Source of the DNA: an uncultured Gemmatimonadaceae bacterium
Lineage (GTDB): Bacteria; Gemmatimonadota; Gemmatimonadetes; Gemmatimonadales; Gemmatimonadaceae
DNA: 64,000 nucleotides
Assembly (NCBI GenBank): GCA_963761305.1
Contig: CAVXGK010000002.1
Location: 896,001-960,000 of the forward strand
Direction: 5' to 3'
This document shows, piece by piece, positions 20,222 through 30,256 of this stretch. The notes under the pieces are model-generated. The model ran no database searches and was not told the DNA's origin. It saw nothing but the letters and a program-made list of their open reading frames with translations. Position 1 is the first letter of the stretch. Each line of letters begins with the position of its first letter. The position numbers were made by a program, and so were the translations under genes.

Positions 20222-22711
20222 TTACGCTTGTGTCGAGCCGGTCAGGACCCGGAAGTCCAGGTGCTCCCCATCCGCGCCAGCGTCCACTTCCAATTCGTCC
20301 CCGCGAGAGAACTCACCCATCAGAATCTTCTCGGAGAGCGGATCCTCGATGTACTTCTGAATCGCTCGCTTGAGCGGTCGCGCGCCGTACTGCTCGTCGT
20401 AGCCGTGCTTGACGAGGAAGTCGGTGGCCGAGTCGGTCAGCCGGAGGCTGAGCTCCTCTTCGGACAGGCGACGCCGAATGTCCTTGAGCAGCACGCCGAC
20501 GATCTGGGCAATGTGCTCGCGGCTGAGCGGGTGGAACACGATCACGTCGTCGAGGCGGTTCAGGAACTCCGGGTTGAATACGTTCTTCAACTCGTCCCGG
20601 ACCTTCTCGGCCCGCCGCTCCCAGTTCGCCTTGTCGTCGCCGGACGTGAATCCGAGCGCCTTCGTTTTGCTGAGGTCGCGAGCGCCGACGTTCGACGTCA
20701 TGATCACGACGGTGTTCTTGAAGTCGATCACGCGGCCATAGTTGTCGGTCAGGTGACCTTCATCCAGCACCTGCAGCAGGATGTTGAACACGTCGGGGTG
20801 CGCCTTCTCGATCTCGTCGAGCAGAATCACGCTGTAGGGCTTGCGACGGACGGCCTTCGTGAGCGTGCCGGAATCTTCGTAGCCGACGTAGCCTGGCGGC
20901 GCGCCGATCAGGCGAGACACGGAGAACTTCTCCATGTATTCGCTCATGTCGACGCGGATGAGCGCGGCGTCGTCGGCGAACAGGAATTTCGCCAACGAGC
21001 GCGCGAGCTCGGTCTTGCCGACGCCCGTCGGACCTGAGAACACGAAACTGCCGATGGGACGGCGCGGATCCTTGAGTCCGGCGCGGCTTCGGCGAATCGC
21101 CTTCGAGATCGCCTTGATCGCTTCGTCCTGGCCGATCACGGTCTCGTGCAGCTCGTCTTCCATGCGCAGCAGACGCGCCGTCTCCGCTTCCTGAAGACGC
21201 GTCACCGGAATGCCGGTCCACCGGCTGACGATGAACGCGATCTCCTCTTCGCCGAGCACGGGCCGATGCGACTGGCGACGCGCCTCCCACTCCGACTGCT
21301 TCTGCTTGATGCCACCCTGGAGCTCGCGCTCCTTGTCGCGCAGCGACGCCGCGCGCTCGAAGTTCTGATCGCGGACCGCGGCTTCCTTCTCGTTGTTCAC
21401 CTTTTCCAGATCGGCCTTGAGCGCCGCGACTTCCGGCGGCGGCGCCTGCGCAGCCAACCGTGCACGGGCCCCCGCTTCATCAATGACGTCGATCGCCTTG
21501 TCGGGCAGGAACCGGTCCGTGATGTAGCGCTCCGACAGCTTGGACGCCGAGACGAGCGTGATGTCGGGAATCGTGACCTTGTGGTGGTCTTCGTACTTCT
21601 TGCGAAGCCCGCGCAGGATCTCCACGGTTTCGTCGACCGAGGGCGGATCCACGATCACCGTCTGGAATCGACGCTCGAGCGCGCCGTCCTTCTCGATGTA
21701 TTTGCGATACTCGTTGAGAGTCGACGCGCCGACGCACTGCAGCTCTCCACGAGCCAGCGCCGGCTTCAACATGTTGGAAGCGTCGATCGCGCCTTCAGCG
21801 GCGCCCGCGCCGACGAGCGTGTGCAGCTCGTCGATGAACAGGATGATCTGCTTGTTCTGCGCGATCTCGTTCATCACGGCCTTGAGCCGTTCCTCGAACT
21901 GGCCGCGATACTTGGTGCCCGCGATGACGGCCGCCATGTCGAGCGAGAGCACGCGGTGGTCGCGCAGCGACTCCGGGCACTCGCCGTTGGCGATGAGCTG
22001 CGCGAGTCCCTCGACGATCGCCGTCTTGCCGACGCCGGGTTCGCCGATGAGCACCGGGTTGTTCTTCTTTCGGCGCGTGAGCACTTCCATCACGCGCTGA
22101 ATTTCCTTCGCGCGGCCGATCGTCGGATCGAGCTGCCCCTCGGCCGCGAGCTGCGTGAGATCGCGGCAGAAGTGATCGAGCGCCGGCGTCTTCGACTTTT
22201 TCTCGCCCTTGGGCGGCGTCTGCGCCGGCGCGGCACCAGCCGCCTGCTGCGCGCCGCCTTGAGGCATCTCCGTGCCGAGGATGCGCAGGGTCTCGGCGCG
22301 GGCGGCGTCTAGATTGACGCCCGCGTCGGTCAACACCTGCGCCGCAATCCCCTTTTCCTCACGGAGAAGCCCAAGCAGCAAATGCTCGGTGCCAACGTAG
22401 CTGTGATTGAGGTCGCGCGCTTCGGCCATCGCCAATTCGAGGACCTTCTTGGCGCGCGACGTATAGGGGAGGTCGGGACCGGTAGTCTGCCCGGCTTTGC
22501 CCTTCTTGACCGTTTCTTCGATCTTCTGCTGGATGTCGTCCAGCTCGACGCTGAGGTTCTGGAGCACCTGGGCGGCGACTCCCTCACCCTCGCGAATCAA
22601 ACCGAGCAGAATGTGCTCGGTGCCCACGTACTCGTGGTGCAGACGCGCGGCTTCCTCGCGGGCCATTGCGAGGACCTTGCGTACGCGTTCGGTGAAGTTG
22701 TAGCCGTTCAT
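20222..22711 (-). CDS. clpC: ATP-dependent Clp protease ATP-binding subunit ClpC
   Basis: Double Clp-N repeats, two AAA+ modules ([16 protein letters not shown]), UVR coiled coil, LGF loop. Confidence 0.96.
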   Translation of the reverse strand: MNGYNFTERVRKVLAMAREEAARLHHEYVGTEHILLGLIREGEGVAAQVLQNLSVELDDIQQKIEETVKKGKAGQTTGPDLPYTSRAKKVLELAMAEARDLNHSYVGTEHLLLGLLREEKGIAAQVLTDAGVNLDAARAETLRILGTEMPQGGAQQAAGAAPAQTPPKGEKKSKTPALDHFCRDLTQLAAEGQLDPTIGRAKEIQRVMEVLTRRKKNNPVLIGEPGVGKTAIVEGLAQLIANGECPESLRDHRVLSLDMAAVIAGTKYRGQFEERLKAVMNEIAQNKQIILFIDELHTLVGAGAAEGAIDASNMLKPALARGELQCVGASTLNEYRKYIEKDGALERRFQTVIVDPPSVDETVEILRGLRKKYEDHHKVTIPDITLVSASKLSERYITDRFLPDKAIDVIDEAGARARLAAQAPPPEVAALKADLEKVNNEKEAAVRDQNFERAASLRDKERELQGGIKQKQSEWEARRQSHRPVLGEEEIAFIVSRWTGIPVTRLQEAETARLLRMEDELHETVIGQDEAIKAISKAIRRSRAGLKDPRRPIGSFVFSGPTGVGKTELARSLAKFLFADDAALIRVDMSEYMEKFSVSRLIGAPPGYVGYEDSGTLTKAVRRKPYSVILLDEIEKAHPDVFNILLQVLDEGHLTDNYGRVIDFKNTVVIMTSNVGARDLSKTKALGFTSGDDKANWERRAEKVRDELKNVFNPEFLNRLDDVIVFHPLSREHIAQIVGVLLKDIRRRLSEEELSLRLTDSATDFLVKHGYDEQYGARPLKRAIQKYIEDPLSEKILMGEFSRGDELEVDAGADGEHLDFRVLTGSTQA

Positions 22712-22741
22712 TGTCCCCTCACATCGGGGTGACCGGCATGG

Positions 22742-23833
22742 TCACCCAACAGAGCCCGTTTCCTCTTCCAGCGCTCGTCGCACGTATCGCGCGCGCGCCA
22801 AGTTGGTTTCGCTTTCCGTCAGAGCCCGGCCACCGCCTTCTGCGTACGCCAGGTGCGCGGCCTGCGAAAAGATCAGGAGCTTGTTGAGCGTGTATACACT
22901 GAGCGAGGTGATCAGTTTCAGCCCGACGGCCAACCGAACGCCGCTGAGGTAGTTCATCGCCTCGTCGAACGTGAGGCTGCGGGCGTATCGAAGCGTGCCG
23001 TATGCGCGCCAAAGCTTGTCCTCGATAATATAACCCGCGTCTCGGAGCAGAACACGGCGAGCCTCCGCCTCTCGTTCGACGACGTGCCCGACGACGCGCA
23101 ACAGCTGGTCGAGCAGTTCCTCCTCCGAACGCCCCAAGGTCGTCTGGTTGGAGATCTGGAAGAAGTTGCCTACGACCTCGCTTCCCTCCCCATACAGACC
23201 GCGATACGTCAGCCCCATTTGCTGCAGGCTGTTGAGCACCTTCGCGATCTCTTTCGTCAGAACGAGACCGGGCAGGTGAATGAGGACAGAACCCCGGAGA
23301 CCGGTACCCACGTTGGTCGGACATGCTGTGAGAAACCCGAATTCCCCGTGGTACGAGTAGGGCACGCGTGAGCCGAGCTCGCGATCGAGCTTGTCGATCG
23401 CAGTGTACGCCTCCTGCAATGCAAATCCCGAGCGCAGAGCTTGCAGCCGGAGATGATCCTCCTCGTTGACCATGACGCCGAGGCCGTCGGCCAAAAAGAC
23501 CGCAGCCCCCGTGCGCAGCGGATGCGGCGGCTCCAAACCCGCCAGCTCCTTGCTCACCAGGTGGCGCTCGTGCAGCAGTGACCGCGCGGTCGTCGGCAGC
23601 TCGTCGAGGCGGTACATCACCGAATCGGACATCGCCGGGATCGACGTCACGGCCTCGCGCACCTGTGACAACACGCGCAGCCGCTCGCCGTCGCGCGCGC
23701 GGCCGGTGAACGCGTAGCCCTCGACGTTTCGCGCCAGACGAATCCGCGTCGACAACACGATGTCGGCGTTCTTCCCCGACGCGTCGAGCCAGCCGACGCC
23801 GCCGTCCGGCAACAACGAAAGGTCAACCGTCAT
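22742..23833 (-). CDS. mcsB: Protein arginine kinase McsB
   Basis: STRIRLARN, ERHLVS, NEEDHLR, CPTNVGTGLR, RGLYGEGS, QISNQ.TLG. Confidence 0.95.
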   Translation of the reverse strand: MTVDLSLLPDGGVGWLDASGKNADIVLSTRIRLARNVEGYAFTGRARDGERLRVLSQVREAVTSIPAMSDSVMYRLDELPTTARSLLHERHLVSKELAGLEPPHPLRTGAAVFLADGLGVMVNEEDHLRLQALRSGFALQEAYTAIDKLDRELGSRVPYSYHGEFGFLTACPTNVGTGLRGSVLIHLPGLVLTKEIAKVLNSLQQMGLTYRGLYGEGSEVVGNFFQISNQTTLGRSEEELLDQLLRVVGHVVEREAEARRVLLRDAGYIIEDKLWRAYGTLRYARSLTFDEAMNYLSGVRLAVGLKLITSLSVYTLNKLLIFSQAAHLAYAEGGGRALTESETNLARARYVRRALEEETGSVG

Positions 23834-24324
23834 TCGATCACCCGAATCTTGTCGCGCAAATCCGCGGCGAGCTCGAACTGCTCGCTCTCGATCGCCCGAC
23901 GCAGCCGTTCGCGCAACACGCCGATCTCCGTCACGTTGTCGAGCGCCTCGCCGGTCGGCGCCCGATACGCGCGTCCGACATGCCGGTGATTGCCTTGCAC
24001 GCGCCGCAGCAATTCCCGAATGGCCGCCTCGAAATTCGTGTAGCAGCGCGCGCATCCCCAACGGCCCGTCGTCCGAAAATCGGCCATGGTGGTGTTGCAA
24101 AACGGGCACCGCGCCGATTCGCCCGACGTCAGCCCGGTGAGCGCCACCTGCTGCTGCACGTCGTGCAGGAACTCGCCGAGCGGATGATTCGGCGCCGCCG
24201 CCGGCGTCTCGACGCCGCGTTCAGCCGCGCACTTCTCGCAGAGATGCAACTGGTGGACGGCGTTGTCCTCGATCGTCGTCAGGTGCACCGCCGCGTCGCG
24301 CTCCTTGCACACGTCGCACACCAT
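23830..24324 (-). CDS. mcsA: McsB activator McsA (CxxC and UVR domain)
   Basis: CDVC, CEKC, CPFC, CARC and C-terminal AIESEQFELAADLRD. Confidence 0.93.
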   Translation of the reverse strand: MVCDVCKERDAAVHLTTIEDNAVHQLHLCEKCAAERGVETPAAAPNHPLGEFLHDVQQQVALTGLTSGESARCPFCNTTMADFRTTGRWGCARCYTNFEAAIRELLRRVQGNHRHVGRAYRAPTGEALDNVTEIGVLRERLRRAIESEQFELAADLRDKIRVIE

Positions 24325-25130
24325 CAGGGAACGACCTCCCGAATGTCCGTCTGCGTGAGACGTCCGTCCTCGAGCAGCAACGTCCGGTCGGCACGCGCCG
24401 CCAACGAGCGGTTGTGCGTGGCGATCACCATCGCAATCTCGAGGTCGCGTGACAGCTCAACGAACAAGTCGTGCAGCCGCTCGCTCGTCGCGTGGTCGAG
24501 GTTGCCCGACGGCTCGTCGGCGAGCACGACCGCCGGGTCGATCGCCAGCGCTCGCGCGACCGCGCTGCGCTGCTGCTCGCCGCCCGACAGCTCAGCCGGA
24601 CGATGCTCCATGCGCGCGCCGAGTCCGACCCGCTCCAGGAGCTCCGACGCGCGCCGGCGGGCGCGAGCTTCGTCCCACCCGGCGATGCGTAGAGGCATCG
24701 CGACGTTCTCCACAGCCGTAAACTCCCGCAGCAAGTGATGAAACTGAAACACGAAGCCCACTGAGCGGTTCCGAAGCGTCGAGACCTCGAGGTCCCGTTT
24801 TCCGGCCAGCCGGCGACGTGCCCGCCGTTCCCGGTAGCTCCGGATCCCGCCCTCAGATTTGGAACTGTCGCGTTCGGATGAAACGTCACTTCCGGCGCGA
24901 GCGCGCGATCCTGGAAGACGCGTGCCGTTGATGTAGACCTCGCCGCGCGTCGGTTCGTCGAGCGCGCCGAGCAGATGCAGCAGCGTACTCTTCCCGGCGC
25001 CGCTCGCCCCCACCACGGCCAGCATCTCGCCGCGAGGGACCTGCAAGCTCACGCCATTGAGGACGGTGATCGTGCTGCCGTCGCCGCCTCGATATTCCTT
25101 CGCCAGGTCCACTGCCTCGAGCACCATCAT
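24324..25130 (-). CDS. lolD: Lipoprotein-releasing ABC transporter ATPase LolD (with internal insertion)
   Basis: GASGAGKST, LolD motif GFVFQFHHLL, LSGGEQQR, ADEPSGNLD. Confidence 0.92.
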   Translation of the reverse strand: MMVLEAVDLAKEYRGGDGSTITVLNGVSLQVPRGEMLAVVGASGAGKSTLLHLLGALDEPTRGEVYINGTRLPGSRARAGSDVSSERDSSKSEGGIRSYRERRARRRLAGKRDLEVSTLRNRSVGFVFQFHHLLREFTAVENVAMPLRIAGWDEARARRRASELLERVGLGARMEHRPAELSGGEQQRSAVARALAIDPAVVLADEPSGNLDHATSERLHDLFVELSRDLEIAMVIATHNRSLAARADRTLLLEDGRLTQTDIREVVP

Positions 25131-26383
25131 TCGTGCCGGATCGCCTCGACGGGATACAAACGGGCCGCCTGCAACGCCGGGTAAACGGTGGCCAGCGCGG
25201 CCACCGCGAGGCTCGCGACGACGATGAGCGTTACGTCGAGAGGCTGCATCGCGACGGGCAAGTGATCGATGAAATATATGGTCGGGTCGAGGGCGATGAG
25301 CTTGTTCCTGCCGATCACCACTGCCGCGGTCAGGCCGACGAGAAGTCCCGCGCCCGTGCCGACGATGCCGATGACGAGGCCTTGCGCGAAGAAAAGCCGG
25401 CGAATCGATCGCGCGGGCATTCCCATCGCTCGCAGAATCCCGATCTCCCGCGTCTTGTCCTTCACCACCATCACTAGCGTGCTGATGATGTTGAACGCGG
25501 CGACGAGCACGATGAGCAGCAGGATCACGGTCATGCCGAGCTTCTCGAGCTTGAGCGCGCTGAACAGCTGGTTGTTCTGCTGATGCCAATCGAGCACGCG
25601 CAGCGGGCCCAGACTGTCCGTCAGTTGCTGCCCGATCTCCGGCGCCACCCAGCGCGTCGGCGTCTTCACCTCGATGCCCGTGACCGCGTCGCCGATCTGC
25701 GCGAGCTGCTGGGCCGTGGCGAGCGACACGATGACGTAGGAGTTGTCGTACTCGTACATCCCGGTGTCGAACGTGCCCGTCACCTCGAGCCGCATCGACT
25801 TCGCCGCCGGGTAGCCGGTGACCGGATCGATGTGGTTCTGGTCGATGCTGAGCAGCGTGATCGAGTCGGCGCCCGGTATGACGTTGAGCTTCTCGGCCAG
25901 CTTTGAGCCGAGCACCGCGCCGCGGTGCTCGCCGTCGAGCGTTTCGAACTTGAAATCGCCGGCCGTGGCCCGCTGGCGAATCGTCGTCACCTGCGCCACG
26001 CCCGGACCATCCGGCGGCAGGCCTTCGACGAACACGCCCTCGAGATACTTGTGATGTCCGGCGAGCACCAGCGCCTGCGTGTGCACGAACGGCCCGGCCG
26101 CGACGACGCCCTTCTGCCGCAGCACCTTCGACAGCACCGGCCGCCAGTCGTTCATCACCAGATCTTCGCCGTACGTCATCACACGAATGTCGGGACTGCC
26201 GATGAGGATCTTCTCGCGAAGATCCGTCTGCAGTCCGTCCATCACGCCGATGATCACGATCAGCGCGCTCACCGCCACCGTCACGCCGAGAATCGCGATC
26301 GTGCTGATGAGCGACAGCAGGCGCGAGCCGCGCCGGCTGCGCATGTAGCGCCACGCGATCGAGATCTCGAGACGACTCATCAC
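25127..26383 (-). CDS. lolC: Lipoprotein-releasing ABC transporter permease LolC/E
   Basis: IAWRY, TGMYEYD, VAAFNIISTL, KTREIGILRAMG, YPA..AA...PVEAIRHE. Start may be 26380. Confidence 0.9.
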   Translation of the reverse strand: MMSRLEISIAWRYMRSRRGSRLLSLISTIAILGVTVAVSALIVIIGVMDGLQTDLREKILIGSPDIRVMTYGEDLVMNDWRPVLSKVLRQKGVVAAGPFVHTQALVLAGHHKYLEGVFVEGLPPDGPGVAQVTTIRQRATAGDFKFETLDGEHRGAVLGSKLAEKLNVIPGADSITLLSIDQNHIDPVTGYPAAKSMRLEVTGTFDTGMYEYDNSYVIVSLATAQQLAQIGDAVTGIEVKTPTRWVAPEIGQQLTDSLGPLRVLDWHQQNNQLFSALKLEKLGMTVILLLIVLVAAFNIISTLVMVVKDKTREIGILRAMGMPARSIRRLFFAQGLVIGIVGTGAGLLVGLTAAVVIGRNKLIALDPTIYFIDHLPVAMQPLDVTLIVVASLAVAALATVYPALQAARLYPVEAIRHE

Positions 26384-26399
26384 GGCGTTTTCATCCGCG

Positions 26400-27923
26400 T
26401 CACTCCGGGCGCAGTGTGGGAAAGAGGATCACGTCGCGGATGTTGGGCGTGTTCGTGAGATACATGAACAGCCGGTCCACGCCGATCCCTACACCGCCCA
26501 TCGGCGGCATGCCGTACTCCATGGCGCGCAGATAGTCCTCGTCGACGCCGACTGCTTCCTCGTCGCCCGCGGCGCGCAACGCCGCCTGCGCCTCGAACCG
26601 TCGGCGCTGGTCGATCGGATCGTTCAACTCGCTGAACGCGTTCGCCACCTCGCGCCCGCGCGCGAACAGCTCGAAGCGCTCCGTCAACGTGGGATTCCCC
26701 CGCTTCGGTTTCGCCAGCGGCGAGAGCTCGACGGGATAGTCCACCACGAACGTCGGTGACACGATCTTCGATTCCACCAGGGTCTGAAACATCTCGTCGA
26801 GGACTTTGGGCCGGCTCATGGAGTCTACCTTCTGTACGCCGGCACGGCGGGCCGCGTTCCGTAAAACCTCGTCGCCGAGCGCCGACGCGTCGGCGCCGAG
26901 CGCGGCGTTGAGCGAAGGGAGCCATTCGATCCGCGGGAACGGCGGCGCGAGCTCCGGAACCGGCTGGGTGCCGTGCTCCACCGCGCCTTCGGTCGACGGA
27001 GGCGACCACACCGACTTCACCGCCGCCGCCGCCCGCGTCACCAGCGTCTCGACGCGCGTCATCATTCCCGTGTAGTCGGCATACGCCTCGTAAAACTCCA
27101 GCATCGTGAATTCCGGGTTGTGCGTCCGGTCGATGCCTTCGTTGCGGAAGTCGTGCCCGATTTCGTACACCCGATCAAACCCGCCGACGACGAGTCGTTT
27201 GAGATACAGCTCGTCGGCGATCCGCAGGAACAGCGGCATGTCGAGCGTGTTGTGGTGCGTCGTGAACGGGCGCGCCAAGGCGCCGCCGTACAACGGCTGC
27301 AGCACCGGCGTTTCCACCTCGAGGTAGTTCCACCCGTCGAGTACGCGACGGAACTCCGCGACCATCGCCGACCGGGCGCGAAACAGCGCGCGCACCTCGG
27401 GATGCACGGCGAGATCCGCGTACCGCTGGCGATATCGCTGCTCCGGATCGGCGAAGCCCGAATGCCGCACCTTCACGCCGTTTACCTCTTCTTCCTTGCC
27501 GAAGGGCAGCGGCCGCAGCGACTTGGCCAAGAGCTGCACTTCCGTGACACGAACCGTCACCTCGCCGGTTCGCGTGCGAAACAGCGGGCCCGAGACGCCG
27601 ATCACGTCGCCGATGTCGAACAGCTCGAGCGTCGAATAGGTCTCGTCGCCCAACGCGTCCTTCTTGAAGTAGAGCTGAATGCGGCCGCTCTCGTCGGCGA
27701 GATGCGCGAACGTCGTCTTGCCGTGCGCGCGCCACGCGACGATGCGCCCGGCGACTCGGACGACGTCGCCCTCGCCCTCCTGGTCCGCCGGATGCAGCCG
27801 CACCGCGTCGGCCGCCACGTGCGTGCGATCGAACCCATACGCGAACGGCGTCACACCGCGCGCGATCAGCGCGTCGAGCTTTTCGCGCCGCGCGCGGATG
27901 ACGAAGTTCGCGTCGTCGCTCAC
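26400..27923 (-). CDS. lysS: Lysine--tRNA ligase (class II)
   Basis: YRQRYADL, LRIADELYLKRL, FRNEGID..HNPEFT, YGMPPMGG.GIG.DRL. GTG start overlaps the prfB stop. Confidence 0.97.
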   Translation of the reverse strand: MSDDANFVIRARREKLDALIARGVTPFAYGFDRTHVAADAVRLHPADQEGEGDVVRVAGRIVAWRAHGKTTFAHLADESGRIQLYFKKDALGDETYSTLELFDIGDVIGVSGPLFRTRTGEVTVRVTEVQLLAKSLRPLPFGKEEEVNGVKVRHSGFADPEQRYRQRYADLAVHPEVRALFRARSAMVAEFRRVLDGWNYLEVETPVLQPLYGGALARPFTTHHNTLDMPLFLRIADELYLKRLVVGGFDRVYEIGHDFRNEGIDRTHNPEFTMLEFYEAYADYTGMMTRVETLVTRAAAAVKSVWSPPSTEGAVEHGTQPVPELAPPFPRIEWLPSLNAALGADASALGDEVLRNAARRAGVQKVDSMSRPKVLDEMFQTLVESKIVSPTFVVDYPVELSPLAKPKRGNPTLTERFELFARGREVANAFSELNDPIDQRRRFEAQAALRAAGDEEAVGVDEDYLRAMEYGMPPMGGVGIGVDRLFMYLTNTPNIRDVILFPTLRPE

Positions 27924-29048
27924 GCCGCGGCGCTCCCGCCGCTCGGACGCGCACCGAACGAAGTGAGGTACGCTTCTATGAACGGATCGATGTCCCCGTC
28001 CATCACCCGCTGCACGTCCGGGATCTTCAGCTCCGTGCGGTGATCGTTGACCATCGTGTACGGCTGGAAGACATAGCTGCGAATCTGATTGCCGAAGCTC
28101 ACGTCCGACTTGGTCGCGTCGAGCTCCGCCTTCTTCTTCGCCTGCCGCTCGGCCTCGAGCTGATAGAGCCGGTTCTTCAGCATCTTCATCGCCGTGCCCT
28201 TGTTCTTGTGCTGCGACCGCTCTTGCTGCGACGACACGACGATCCCGCTGGGAATGTGCGTGAGCCGGACGGCGGAGCTGGTCTTGTTGACGTGCTGGCC
28301 GCCGGCGCCGGACGCGCGGAAGACATCCATCCTGATGTCCTCGTCGCGGATCTCGATGTTGATCTCCTCGTTCACCACGGGATACACGAACACAGACGCG
28401 AAGCTCGTGTGGCGGCGCGCCTGTGCATCGAACGGCGAGATGCGCACGAGACGATGGACGCCGATCTCGGCTTTCAAGAATCCGTATGCGTACAGGCCTT
28501 TGACCTCGAGCACCGCGCCCTTGATGCCCGCTTCTTCGCCGTCGCTCAAGTCGAGGATCTCGACGTTGTAGCCTTTGCGCTCGCACCAGCGGGTGTACAT
28601 CCGCATGAGCATCGACGCCCAATCCTGCGCTTCCGTGCCCCCGGCGCCGGCGCTGATCTCGAGCTGCGCGTCTCGGTAGTCGTCTGGGCCCGACAGCAAC
28701 GACCGAAGGCGAAACGCTTCGATCTCCGATCCCAGCGCGGTCGCCTCGCGGTCGAGCTCCGCCGACATCTCCGCGTCCGGCTCCGACTGCAGCATGCCCT
28801 CGAGCTCGCGCGCGCTTTCGACGCGTCCGCCGATCGCGTCGAAGGGCTCCACCCAAACCTTGACGGTCTTTATCTGCTGGACCGCCGCCTGCGCCGACTG
28901 CTGGTCGTTCCAGAAACCCGGCGCGGCCATCCGTTCCTCGAGCGCGCGAAGCGTCTCGCGCTTGGCATCGAGGTCAAAGGTACCTCCGCAGCTCCGCCAA
29001 TCGCTCGGCGTATTGCCGAAGCTGACGCGCCCGCTCGCTTTCTGCCAT
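27920..29048 (-). CDS. prfB: Peptide chain release factor 2, translated via a +1 programmed frameshift
   Basis: SPF and GGQ motifs. ORF0 from ATG 29048 (MAESERARQLRQYAERLAELRRYL) ends at CTT TGA C (28973-28979), with an internal SD GGAGG just upstream. Confidence 0.96.
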
Positions 29049-29167
29049 TGATCGATTCTCCCCGGCCCCGGTTATGAGACGAGCCGTCCCGCGATCGCGC
29101 CGGACGGCTCGCTTGCCTGACAAATCTCAACCTAGCGCCACCCGGCGATCGGCGCACCCGGACGCGG

Positions 29168-30256
29168 TCAGAAGAGGCGTTGGCCGCCGGCGAGGATTTC
29201 GTTCAGCGCGTCTTGAAAATGGGTCGACGACTCGGCGAAATCGCGGCCGACCTGTTCGATGTATTCCTCCTGCGACTTCTTGATCTCCTCGCGGAACAGC
29301 TCGCGCAGTGTGCCGTCGCGAAGACCTTCGTCGCGCCGCTGCGGGAAGTACGTCACCAGATCCGACACGAGGGCTCGCGCCAGCCGCCGAGCCTTGGCGT
29401 TGGGGTCGTTGGCGAGAAACGGATTGATCGGCGCGCGCGACGGCGTGGCCGGCGTCGGCGATGCGGCAGGCGCGATCCCGCTGCTCGCCGAGCTCGCGGG
29501 GCTCGTGGGCGTGGGCGTAGCCGGCGTAGCCGGCCCAGCCGGCCGCACGGGCGTAGCGGCGACGGACGGCGCGGAAGCGATCGGAGTCGCCGGCCTGACC
29601 GGCGTGCCGCCCACGGGAGGCGCCGGAGCGATCGGAGTCGAGGCGCGATGCGGCGTGCTCTGCGCCGGACGCACCGCCGGCCGCGCGGGACCCGGCGAGA
29701 CGGCCGGCGGAATCGGCAGCGCGCCGGACGGTCGTGCGCTCGCTGGCGTGCGCGGCGCGGTCGCCGGACCAGCGAACGGCGGATGAACCGGACGCGGCGT
29801 GGCGGATGACGCCGGCGGTGTGGCCGGCGGTGCGCCGCCAACGGAAGGCGACATGAGCATCGGGCGCGACGGCGGCGCAGCGGCAGCCGGCGTTGCCCGC
29901 TGCGCGGGCGTCAGCGGCCGCGGAATCGGTGTCGGGAACGGAAGCGCCGCCGGAGGAGTGCCGGCGAGTGGCGGCGTCGGCGTAGCGGACCGCGCCGCTG
30001 GCGACGCCGCTGCCGGCGTTTCTGTTGGCCAAGCGAGCGCCGGGCCCGAATTCGCCGTCGCGCCGGGAGCGGCGACCGCGGCCGGCACGGCTGCGACCGG
30101 CGTCGACGGCGCCGCGAATTCCTCGTCGATCGGCGCGGCGGCTCCGACGATGATGACGCCGCCGCAGACCGAGCAGCGCGCGCGCACGCCCGCCGACGGC
30201 ACCTTCTCCGGATCGACGCGGAAAACCGAATTGCACTCTGGACACGAAACGTTCAC
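29168..30256 (-). CDS. MJ0042-type zinc-ribbon protein with long Pro/Ala linker and C-terminal helical domain
   Basis: CPEC...RCSVC N-terminus, about 230 aa rich in P/A/T/S, then ARRLARALVSDLVTY...EEIKKS.EEY. Confidence 0.85.
   Translation of the reverse strand: MNVSCPECNSVFRVDPEKVPSAGVRARCSVCGGVIIVGAAAPIDEEFAAPSTPVAAVPAAVAAPGATANSGPALAWPTETPAAASPAARSATPTPPLAGTPPAALPFPTPIPRPLTPAQRATPAAAAPPSRPMLMSPSVGGAPPATPPASSATPRPVHPPFAGPATAPRTPASARPSGALPIPPAVSPGPARPAVRPAQSTPHRASTPIAPAPPVGGTPVRPATPIASAPSVAATPVRPAGPATPATPTPTSPASSASSGIAPAASPTPATPSRAPINPFLANDPNAKARRLARALVSDLVTYFPQRRDEGLRDGTLRELFREEIKKSQEEYIEQVGRDFAESSTHFQDALNEILAGGQRLF

Noticed and set aside
27920..29048. prfB as a possible pseudogene
   Set aside because: The stop lies in the canonical CTT-TGA-C programmed frameshift site.
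29430..30140. Repetitive GC-rich DNA as a possible repeat array or CRISPR
   Set aside because: It is a low-complexity Pro/Ala coding linker with no fixed repeat-spacer period and no cas genes.
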